Shown here: positions 1 through 9,621 of the stretch, one piece after another
Position numbering within the stretch: position 1 is the first letter of the stretch
Layout: every line of letters begins with the position of its first letter
Source of the DNA: Minutocellus sp. GHC0000111
Lineage: Eukaryota
Assembly: GCA_977018835.1 (NCBI GenBank)
Contig: OZ361260.1
Location: forward strand, 372,001-436,000
Length of the DNA: 64,000 nucleotides
Direction of reading: 5' to 3'
Notes under the pieces: model-generated
The model's input: only the letters and a program-made list of their open reading frames with translations
Told to the model about the DNA's origin: nothing
Databases searched by the model: none
Made by a program: the position numbers and the translations under genes

Positions 1-429
1 CTGCTCTGTTCGGCGTACATGCATTCTCCTCAGAAGCTGTAGCCACGAAGATGGCGATGAGGGTCAACAATGCGAAAATCGAAGGCTTGGAATGATTCAT
101 CAGGCACTACTGACTGACAATAGTTCTCTCTATTGTTTACTATCACAAATGTTTCGTCATCATTGCTCTGAACAGTCTGAACAAGTGTTGTGGGTACCGC
201 ACGGTGGGGATGAGCTGGCGACGGTGGTTAGCAGCAGGCACTAAAACTGCATTCCTGTAGTGCCCAGTTTTTCTGCTGACCACCACCTTCGCCTCCTCTC
301 GTCTCAACTGACCAAGCCACAACCATCTGCGATTGCTGCCGTTGCAATTGCTAAGTCAGCTTACAGTACCGGCTCCCAGAGCCTGTCTCTCTCTCTCTCA
401 GTAGTTAGTTAGTTTTAAATTCCCTCAAA

Positions 430-520
430 CCGCCAATGCCAGCTCCCCTCACCCTCTAAGAAGTTTCATTTACCGCCTCTCCCCCTCTAAGAAGTTTCAT
501 TTACCGCCAATGCCAGCTCC
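430..520. repeat. Short nested tandem duplication (ccctctaagaagtttcatttaccgcc x2; ccgccaatgccagctcc x2)
   Basis: Direct repeats read at 452-477/483-508 and 430-446/503-520. Confidence 0.85.
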
Positions 521-778
521 AGTTCACGTAGTTAAACTGCATTTCATGTTCTACTAAGTTGCATAGAGTTGGGAGAATCAGCGGAGGGAGGCACTGTGTT
601 CGATGTATCATCGCGCTGAAACGCGAATGCGCTATTGACGATTGACGGACGGACGGCAGTGGACCTCATTATTTATTTATTTACCATCTCAAACAGCACT
701 CAGCATAGCATCGTCATCATACCAGTATCAGTCAGCGTCCAGCTCAATACTACGAGTAAAGTGCCGTAGCTACACAGG

Positions 779-2122
779 ATGTCGAATCCACGTCTAAAAG
801 CATCGGTGATGGGAGCCATGTGCACTGCATTCGCTCTTCATAACGGCAGCCATGCTTTTGCACCATCACCAGCAACTCAACTTTTTGTATCATCATCTCT
901 TGGGCGAAACAGCAACCTCCCATCATCCTCATTCTCAGCCTCGTTTGCTACAAATGAAAGGCATGGAGTATCCAAGGACACCATGATTCCTCTTGTTCCC
1001 AGGGTGACCCTCGAAGAATTTCTCGCCAATCCCGTGTACGACAGACCAACCCTTGTTCGAGACATCATGTCACCTGACCAGGTGGAGACCATCGCCGAGG
1101 AATTGATGTCCAGAATGGGAGACGTAGAAGTACAACTGCAGAGGAAGATTCGAGGCGATAGCAATGGAGACGATGATGATGTCACTGAAATTTATGACGT
1201 TGCCCTACAGGAAGCATCAGAGTACATGATGGACTCTTCATATGATGATTCATTTTTTGCATTTTGTGAGGGATTGCTCGACGACGACAACAGCGATGAT
1301 GATGATTGTGCCACGTTGTCATCTCGTCTGAGCGAAATTCGTGAAGCCCCATTCCGTGGTGAAAACTGGTTCGATTATTTCCCTCCGTCAATACGCCCAA
1401 CGGATGCCGTCATATTGGCAGGAGAAGGATCGTGTTCGACACTTCATCGCGATCCTTTCGAATGGACGGGGACATCGATCTGTTTGGAAGGAACCAAGAT
1501 ATGGCGATTCATTATCCCCAACGAGGAGAGTATAGAAGGCAAAGTCAGCAACTTGGATGATGCGCTGGAGTCTTATCGGTTGGATTCGATTGCCTGGACA
1601 ACGGATGACGAAAAGAAAGATGCACTTGTCCTTAGCAGAGGATGGCAAAGTGACTTATTTTTCTACGCAAGGAGAGCAGAAGATGTTCCGTCAGCGATGG
1701 AGTTGTTAGAACTCGAGGACGACAACATAGAGGCATATGTGGCAGAAATTGAGGCGATGGGTACTGATATTTCGTTATTGTCTCCTGATGAACAGATTTC
1801 TGACCTTGTACAAAGCAAACAATTTGAATTTGCATCGGCAATCCAACAGGCCGGTGATTTGCTGATAATACCGGCGCACTGCTGGCATCAAACGTATGCC
1901 CCGGTACCATCCATAGCCGTAGCTTCTCAGAGATGTGGGGCGATAGTCGACGGAGCAAGCGTGGTACAGCATGTTCTTGAATCGCTGTCGAATGCATGTA
2001 CAGAACCCGTTCGTCCTCCAGACATTTTGATGATGATGAGACAATCGGATTACCGGTATCAAGAGGGCGACGGAAAGAAAGTCGTTGATGCCCTCGTAGA
2101 GCATATGTCGTCAATGGGGTAG
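779..2122 (+). CDS. JmjC/cupin-like 2-oxoglutarate Fe(II) oxygenase, predicted plastid-targeted
   Basis: HxD motif (LHRDP), 'EGTKIWRF', 'QQAGDLLIIPAHCWHQT'; signal peptide ending SHA-FAP followed by a Ser-rich transit peptide. Confidence 0.8.
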   Translation: MSNPRLKASVMGAMCTAFALHNGSHAFAPSPATQLFVSSSLGRNSNLPSSSFSASFATNERHGVSKDTMIPLVPRVTLEEFLANPVYDRPTLVRDIMSPDQVETIAEELMSRMGDVEVQLQRKIRGDSNGDDDDVTEIYDVALQEASEYMMDSSYDDSFFAFCEGLLDDDNSDDDDCATLSSRLSEIREAPFRGENWFDYFPPSIRPTDAVILAGEGSCSTLHRDPFEWTGTSICLEGTKIWRFIIPNEESIEGKVSNLDDALESYRLDSIAWTTDDEKKDALVLSRGWQSDLFFYARRAEDVPSAMELLELEDDNIEAYVAEIEAMGTDISLLSPDEQISDLVQSKQFEFASAIQQAGDLLIIPAHCWHQTYAPVPSIAVASQRCGAIVDGASVVQHVLESLSNACTEPVRPPDILMMMRQSDYRYQEGDGKKVVDALVEHMSSMG

Positions 2123-2197
2123 AAACATACAATAATGTAGGAGACTGCTGTAGTGTGTGACGAAGATCTACCGGTACATACATGTAGATGAATCAGG

Positions 2198-2400
2198 TAA
2201 GGGTAGGTGCCTGGGGCCTGGATGGAGTGACGTTTCCCCGTCCTGGCTCACGGGAAGTCGGATCGGGGTCAATGTAGTGCGGTAGGTCGTCCGGGGGCAC
2301 GGTGCCAGCATCACTGCCTAGCAGATCACACGAAGATAAGCCAGACTCGTCTTCTCCTCATGCCCGTCTAAACTTTGGTAGTCTAATAGAACAGAATAGA
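2198..2400 (+). mobile_element. 5'-truncated non-LTR retroelement/SINE-like 3' end with (AGAAT)n tail
   Basis: Flanked by 16-bp near-perfect direct repeats atgtagat(g/c)aatcagg (2182-2197 and 2401-2416); ends in tagaacagaataga; second copy at 3630-3843 has a longer (agaat)n tail. Confidence 0.6.
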
Positions 2401-2550
2401 ATGTAGATCAATCAGGAGCCATCTTCCACACATCTGGCAACCTCCCGATCAACTCAGATTTCCATCTGACGATAAAATGACGAAAAGGCCTGACAAACCC
2501 AACTTGCTCCTTTTCAGAGCACACAGCCATTTTTACAGCCACAAGCAACC

Positions 2551-2870
2551 ATGCAAGTAACGCCCTCCGGAGAGACCGTCATCGTTCCCCGCAACTTCAA
2601 GCTCCTCGAGGAGCTGGAGAAGATGGAGAAGGGGAACACGGAAATGGCCATCAGTTTTGGGCTCGTCGACGGCGCCGATGTTTTGTTGTCGAACTGGAAT
2701 GGCGGCATCTTGGGGGGCCTCATGGGGTGAGTTTCTCCTGTGTTTTGTATGTCGTTGCCGTCGTCGTGGTGGACTGGTCGCATGCTCGGCGACTGTTTCC
2801 TCTTTGGTGGTATCGGTGATAGTGCTGCTGGAGACGTCAGTGTGTGGAGCGTGTCATCATCGCGGACGGC
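2551..2870 (+). pseudogene. Truncated, frameshifted copy of UEV/MMS2 exon 1
   Basis: Same MQVTPSGETVIVPRNFKLLEELE start; G-run expanded by 2 nt (cttggggggcct vs cttggggcct); exon 2 absent. Confidence 0.85.
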
Positions 2871-3993
2871 GCTCCATCCAATGACACGGTTGGTTACGGA
2901 CATGCTCTTCCTCGGCATCCTCCCCGCTGAAATTGATGGAGATTTCAACGCCACCCTTCAGCACTTCCTCTCGGCAACTACAATGACCTGGGACCAACTC
3001 GATGAATATTACCACAACCTCTGCGACACCAGAGACGGAAATTCCGTAAAAGACACGAAAAGAGCGATGTCTCCAATCCACAGGCCATCGAGCCACCCCA
3101 TCAGGAGGCAGGCAGGCAGCATCTCCAAAATGGAGATGTCCCTTCTCAAAAGCCAAAATCTCTAGCACAGAGGGTAGTTCGTAACCTCCAAAATGGAGGT
3201 GAGGCTTAGTCCTTAGGGTGCAAGACGCAGGGGGTAGCCAAACATTAAGCGGAAGGCCCCTCCTTTTTCTTTTTTTTTTCTTTTCTTTTTTTGACTTTAC
3301 ATTAATTTTCTTAGTAGTGCGAATGCACCAACGTCTTTTAGACCACGATTCTGTCGGCCCAAATAGGGAGACACGGCTCCAAGCGCTAACGCGGTTTGAC
3401 CTCGCACGCCCAATGCGGGCAGCGATAGACAAACCTACCCCATGACACTCAGATGGTAGTGAATGGAATCATCAGGGCAGCAGAGAGACACACAGTTAGC
3501 AGTAGTTTTAAACCGAACCGCGGAAGTCCATCAATTCGGTGGCGAGAGCGACAACGTGAAGGGAGGGCGCGGCTCCAGCTTCACGCTCGTCGGGCGGTCT
3601 CTGCGATCCGTCTGCTGCTACAGCACATTTAAGGGTAGGTGCCCGGGGCCTGGATGGAGTGACGTTTCCCTGTCCTGCTGGCTCTCACGGGAAGTCCGAT
3701 CGGGGTCAATGTAGTAGGTCGTCCGGGGGCACGGTGCCAGCATCACTGCCTAGCAGATCACACGAAGATAAGCCAGACTCGTCTTCTTTCCCATGCCCGT
3801 ATAAACTTTGGTAGTCTAATAGAACAGAATAGAATAGAATAGAATGTAGATCAATCAGGAGCCATCTTCCACACATCTGGCAACCTCCCGATCAACTCAG
3901 ATTTCCATCTGACGATAAAATGACGAAAAGGCCTGACAAACCCAACTTGCTCCTTTTCAGAGCGCACAGCCATTTTTACAGCCACAAGCAACC

Positions 3994-4722
3994 ATGCAAG
4001 TAACGCCCTCCGGAGAGACCGTCATCGTTCCCCGCAACTTCAAGCTCCTCGAGGAGCTGGAGAAGATGGAGAAGGGGAACACGGAAATGGCCATCAGTTT
4101 TGGGCTCGTCGACGGCGCCGATGTTTTGTTGTCGAACTGGAATGGCGGCATCTTGGGGCCTCATGGGGTGAGTTTCTCCTGTGTTTCGTATGTCGTTGCC
4201 GTCGTCGTGGTGGACTGGTCGCATGCTCGGCGACTGTTTCCTCTTTGGTGGTATCGGTGATAGTACTGCTGGAGACGTCAGTGTGTGGAGCATATCATCA
4301 TCGCGGACGGCACATGAGGGGATATCGTGGGAGTCGGCAGACTATTTCCTTATTGAATTGATTTTTGCAATATATTTTCTCCACAAAATCCATTATTCCA
4401 AGGCCAACATCTCATGAATTTTTGTTGCTTATTACTCGCCTCTATCCCACAGACTCAGCACGATGGTCGGTTCTATGAGCTCATGATCCATTGTCCAGAA
4501 TCGTATCCCGCCACGCCACCAGAGGTCAAGTTCGTCTCGAAGATCAACATGACTTGCGTCGATTCCAAGACGGGCAAAGTCAACTTCCGCAAGGTCAGCA
4601 GCCTTCCCAAGCAGTGGAATCGCAATATGGGGATTGAGCAGGTTTTGGTCGGACTTCGGCACGAGATGCAGCTTCCGGAGAATCGCAAGCTGAAGCAGCC
4701 TCCTGAAGGCAGTGTCTTCTAA
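3994..4722 (+). CDS. MMS2: Ubiquitin-conjugating enzyme E2 variant (UEV1/MMS2), 2 exons (intron ~4168-4451)
   Basis: 'VPRNFKLLEELEKMEKG', 'WNGGILGP', 'RFYEL.IHC...YP..PP.VKFVSKINMTCV', 'KLKQPPEGSVF'; GT..AG intron. Confidence 0.92.
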
Positions 4723-4850
4723 GACATACACTCGGCGGGCGGGAGGTCTATCATGTGTCGGTATCTTGTATGTCAACATCATTCACTTGTGCCACCGAAG
4801 GGTCCATGGCAGTGTAAAGATTACGTAGCATTATATACTGTACATATCCC

Positions 4851-6662
4851 TCACGCAGCAGAACCGTCTGATACGTGCAAGCTGCTCGAACGCCGACGAC
4901 CCTCTTCGACTTCGAGTGCAATACATGTATCTCCATCCTTCTGATCCGGACCTCCTCCCTCTTTGATAAGTTCAGCGGTTGATTCCTCAGGCGTTGCAGT
5001 GCCACTGGATATCTCTGATAATGCCGCAACTAGATCTTCCTGTTCATGTTGAACAACCTCGCTTTCGTCCACATCTATCTTAGATTCATGTTCCTCAGAT
5101 ATCGCCGGGGTAAAACTTCGAGACCCTGCACTTCCGCTATAGGAAAATGCACTCCCTCTTTTTGTAGTTTCTCCAGCAACAGCATTTTTATCGGCGTTGT
5201 CAAGACCAAAAAAGGTCGGGTTGGCGTTGTCACTAAAGCTGACTCGTCTGGTATCTCCATTCTTGGTCTTCTTGCTTTCTACGGCTGCATTGCAGCAGCT
5301 ACCGCACGTACACGAACAGTGAGTTGCTGTTGCAACATTGGTGGCAGCGAAGTTGCTTGAGCGCCGCCGTATTCCTCCCCCAAACGATAGTGCCCCCGCG
5401 CTCGCAGTAGAGCTTCGACGCCCGTCATAATTCGAAACCACCTCGTCCTCTTGGGCGAAGCTGCTATCGTCAGCTGCAACGAAAGCAGCCGCTGCAGCCG
5501 CCTCAACTCCCATTCCCTCTGGAGGCCCATTCGCCCCCTTGCCGGTACTTCCTTGGCTTTGTAAAGCCTTTTTTGTCATCAGACTTGCTCTCCTTATGTT
5601 CGAATCTCTTGAACGAGCGCCGGCTTGCAGAATGAACTCGACAGTAAGAGCAGGGTCCTTCAATTTGGCGTACGCACGGAATAGCTCTCTGCAGATGAGA
5701 TTTTCGATCAAAAGAGCCAGACTGGGAACGGCAATACCGACTGCTAGAGCAATGATCTGGTGATTGGTCCATAATTGTGCAACATTATCCTCATATCCCG
5801 GTCGCCCGACGCACATTCCCGTTTTTGACTCATCAAACTCGTAAGTGACGCTAAGCATCCCGAAAAAATGAAGTGTGCACACAGCTAAAGCAATTACGGT
5901 CGCAGAGGCCGGTCGGAGCCAAAACTGCTCGACCTTCCACAGTAATAATCGGAATAATATCCAGAATCCTACCGCACATACTGCACAACCCAATAGCACC
6001 GAAGCGGAAACGAACGGTATTGACCAAACCTTTCGAAAGGGTCCCTCAATTGCAATCATCCCCGTGTAATGCATAATGAGAGCACCGGTCGCTGCGACCA
6101 CACTACCAGCCAAAATGAACCAGGGCTGGTAGAAGAATGCAATGAGATTAATTGTCCTCTGGGCCTGTTTGTGGCGACCCTTCGCTGTAACGTGCTTCTT
6201 GTTGATAACGACCTTCTTGAGCTTGTCCACCCGATCCTTATCACGAAAGATATCCCGCGAGGCGATGAAGACCCCGCCCCACATGAAGACAACGGCCGAC
6301 GCGAGCGAACCGATCGTGATGGGCCAGTTGTAGCACATAGGAGCTTTTTCCAGCGTCACCGCCGCCATGCCCACGAAGTGCATGGACCAAACTGTCCCGA
6401 AACCAAGAAGCAAGGCGGCGACTCCCTGGGGATGCTTGATGATGAACTCGGACGCATGATCCTTCTCCTTCTCTGTTCGCCACAGGTCATGGTCAAGGAG
6501 ACGGACTGCACTGTAAGACGCCGTGAAAGAAGTGATGAAGGCAAAAAGAATGAATGCCGGTGACCATCTCTGTGGTATTACGTCGCCATCTTCGTACGGG
6601 TACGGGAGCGCTTCTGTGCTCGGCGTAGAGACGCCGGTCTCATTGAATAGTGATGCTGACAT
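4851..6662 (-). CDS. MHYT-domain integral membrane sensor protein with a long disordered cytosolic tail
   Basis: Three MHYT-type motifs (WSMHFVGM, IMHYTGM, TLHFFGM) within ~7 TM helices; no recognisable output domain. Confidence 0.85.
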   Translation of the reverse strand: MSASLFNETGVSTPSTEALPYPYEDGDVIPQRWSPAFILFAFITSFTASYSAVRLLDHDLWRTEKEKDHASEFIIKHPQGVAALLLGFGTVWSMHFVGMAAVTLEKAPMCYNWPITIGSLASAVVFMWGGVFIASRDIFRDKDRVDKLKKVVINKKHVTAKGRHKQAQRTINLIAFFYQPWFILAGSVVAATGALIMHYTGMIAIEGPFRKVWSIPFVSASVLLGCAVCAVGFWILFRLLLWKVEQFWLRPASATVIALAVCTLHFFGMLSVTYEFDESKTGMCVGRPGYEDNVAQLWTNHQIIALAVGIAVPSLALLIENLICRELFRAYAKLKDPALTVEFILQAGARSRDSNIRRASLMTKKALQSQGSTGKGANGPPEGMGVEAAAAAAFVAADDSSFAQEDEVVSNYDGRRSSTASAGALSFGGGIRRRSSNFAATNVATATHCSCTCGSCCNAAVESKKTKNGDTRRVSFSDNANPTFFGLDNADKNAVAGETTKRGSAFSYSGSAGSRSFTPAISEEHESKIDVDESEVVQHEQEDLVAALSEISSGTATPEESTAELIKEGGGPDQKDGDTCIALEVEEGRRRSSSLHVSDGSAA

Positions 6663-6846
6663 CGACTCGACGACTCGACTTACCCCGCAGCAGCAGAGCA
6701 GAGTCCGATGGCAGCCGCTTCGCGTTTTACGCGCAGACTAATCTCCTTGTGCTCTAGCTAGCTAGCGAGTGAGACTTGCTATGAATGAAGCCTAAGTAGC
6801 AACGGTGAGGTGTTGGGTCGTCAAGGTGCATTACCTTGGTATTAGT

Positions 6847-9363
6847 GGAGGAAATCGCATGGCTCCAAATCTCCAAATCAGGGTGTTTGGAAGAGGCCAT
6901 GCGATGCCGCGCCGGCCAGGCTCCAAAATTTCTAGATTCAAACCGCCACCCGCTGCCGATGGATGGCCGTTTGAACAATCGATCGCCCCAAACGTGCCAC
7001 TTTTGCTCCAAACGAGAACCATGCCGATCGAGATGCGCCCCTTTACCAAAGAGGACAGGGATGGTAGCGGCGACCAGGACCTCACCGCTCACGCCACGTG
7101 GTTTTTGGTCCAGCACATGAGTTGCTCCCGTCCAATCGCTGCGTCTTCGCTTCCCACGCCCGACGCCATCGTCGGCACTGTCAAATTGATGCATGCCATG
7201 CCTCATGGCAGTGGAGAGGACGACCCTGTGCGAAAGGCCAAATCATTCATTTGTTCTCTTTCCAACACTGACGAGAGCATCTTGTTTTCTCCTGGCGACC
7301 AGAGTCTGTCCGACCCTGCGTGTCTGCTCTGGCACTCTGCCCACCGATGTCGGATTGAGGGCTTGTTCCGACTTCAGGTGGTGGTCCCGGCTGCATTTTT
7401 GGACATTTTCCTTTCCGTCGTCCGTTAGTGTTTTCAACGCGGCGAAGCATGGGAAAACGCGAAAATCGCCCGACCGACCTTTGTCCCCAAGAATCTCTGG
7501 AAAGAATGGGAGATTCGAGCCAGCCAAGCTCTTGTCACACATCTCGACACCCTGCAGATTTGTGACATCGAAGGCGCAGCTCAAAAATTCGAAGCACAAC
7601 ATGTGTTTCGTGGGGACAAAGTTTTGCGAGAAAGACGACGGCGCCGCACGAAATTTTGCTCTCATTGGCGGCCGATGCGGCGGCGGATATGAATAAAAAA
7701 CACAACAATCAACGAAACAAACATTTTCATACATATCTTGGGCGTGCATCTCTGCATTTCTGGGTGGATTGGGCGACTGTGACTCTCTTGGTATCACTTC
7801 TCATCCGCGGCCCTTTTTCGCGAACTCGAACACAGGTTGATTGTTTTGAATTATGCTTTCTCATACAATAACAGTCCAATCAAGCTGAAACTTTCGCAAA
7901 CGTAGCGCAATGGTATCGGCCAGCCTCGGGAATGCCCATATCTTACCTTGCAAATGTGTAGCGGCCAAGAGCGGGGGTCACCATGATGAGCTTCGTTCGG
8001 GAGAAAAAATGGATGGGGCGTCGGTCTTTCCGTCGTCCGTCGAGGGCCGGACGCGAGCGAAGTGTGCGCGAAATGGCGGGACCACAAAATGTCCGGTTTC
8101 GGTCCACGTAAAGTCGGAACAAGCCTGAGGTCGGCGGACCGCCTGCCTTCTCTTGACATGGAGGATGGCACCATCGACACATTGGCTGAATACGAAGGCG
8201 AACCACCTCTTGACAACAATGACGGCGACGACCTGGACACACCTACGAGAGAATCGTCCAACATGTCGCCAAGCGGCAGCAGCAGCGTAGTAGTAGCTGC
8301 TGCTGCTTCTCTTCCTCTCGTTCGTTCCTCTCGTCTGCACCCGTGTCTTCCACTCCTGCATCTGCAGCAGCGGCACTGGCGGCCCCATCGGCGCGTGGCC
8401 ACAAGCACACACGAGTCTATGCAGAGACCGATGGTGCCCGCTCACTTCATGACGACGTCAACAAGTTTGTGTCCAAGCACATGGGCGGCCTCAACAAAAA
8501 AAGATGCCCACACAGTCTGAGCTCCTCTCACCGTGATGAAAGCAGTCATGCTCAACAACAAGAAGGAGGACAACGTCAGTCGCCAGCTTATTCGGGATCT
8601 GCAGGCTACAAAGCTGAAGGATCTTTGGCCGGAGACCAAGACCATCCCGACCCTAATATCTACATGGAAAATTCTGGGTAGCTGCAGCTAGCTCGCCGGC
8701 TGCGCAATGAAACACAGGACACGAGGACGCCGACGACGTCGCCGAAGAAACTCACCAGCTTCTTGCCCACGTCGAGGCAGTGCCAAATCCTCACCGAAGA
8801 GGAGGCAGAGCAGCTGGCCAAGTGATGACATGCTCAACAACACATTCAGAGCAAGGTCCCATGCTGTTTTAGTGCCCTTGGGTTCGAGGAGGTTGGTTGC
8901 CAGGCAACTTGCGAAAGTCGCAGCGACGAAAGGCCGCCGCTGCTGCAGCTGTGGCGGCCTTTCGTCGTTTCTTGGTGAGAGGCATAACAAGTGCGTCACA
9001 AGCAAATGCGGGCGGTGTTGTTGGTTGTTCGGGCGCCGCAAGCGAACTTCCAGATGATGCGTAGAGAGAGCGACACGTGATGTGTTTCGGGCCTGTAGCA
9101 AATGGCAGGAGGAACCAATGGCCTTGGGAGTTGGGGTGGACTAATTCCGTTCAATTGGTGGTGATATTTCCTACAAGGAAGGCTTGCATGAGGATGTGAT
9201 GATGTTCATGCCTCAAAATCGATGCATTTGCGTCGATTTGGTGGTGGTTTGGTTCCATCGAAAAACACGACGGTTCCAAATCTCCAAATTTTTCCAAATA
9301 ACCCGAATTTTCTCCTGGGAGACCCCCGAAAATTTGGAGATTTGGAGCCATGCGATTTCCTCC
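6847..9363. mobile_element. TIR DNA transposon (non-autonomous/degenerate, ~2.5 kb) with 3-bp TSD AGT
   Basis: Perfect 32-bp TIR ggaggaaatcgcatggctccaaatctccaaat (6847-6878) inverted at 9332-9363; AGT on both flanks (6844-6846, 9364-9366); subterminal tccaaatctccaaat copy ~9275-9290; internal ORFs broken. Confidence 0.85.
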
Positions 9364-9621
9364 AGTGTCGATCATCTCATGTGCGCCATGGCGCGTGGGC
9401 CGTGCGCTTGCGTGCGGCGGCTTCATGTTCGTCCACGTCAGATAGAAAGATGATACCCTCATTACATCGTTGTTGTCTTTTTGGAAAAACATGTTGATCC
9501 AAGGCCGCCGCAAAAGGGCTACATGTATGATCCACCGGTCAGAATCGGTTAATTCTACATGTATGGCTGAACTGAATCGGAATTCTACGTAGAATCCCCA
9601 TGCCCCAGGGGTTACAATCAA

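Larger units (their letters stand above)
2198..4311 (+). repeat. Tandem segmental duplication (~675 bp; copies 2198-2870 and 3630-4311) with a ~760-bp unrelated spacer
   Basis: Near-identical sequence in both copies, covering the retroelement end, the promoter, UEV exon 1 and part of intron 1. Confidence 0.95.

Noticed and set aside
90..175. Possible C/D-box snoRNA or hammerhead on the minus strand (ATGATGA ... CTGA; GAAAC)
   Set aside because: No recognisable rRNA-complementary guide, weak terminal stem, and wrong motif order for a hammerhead
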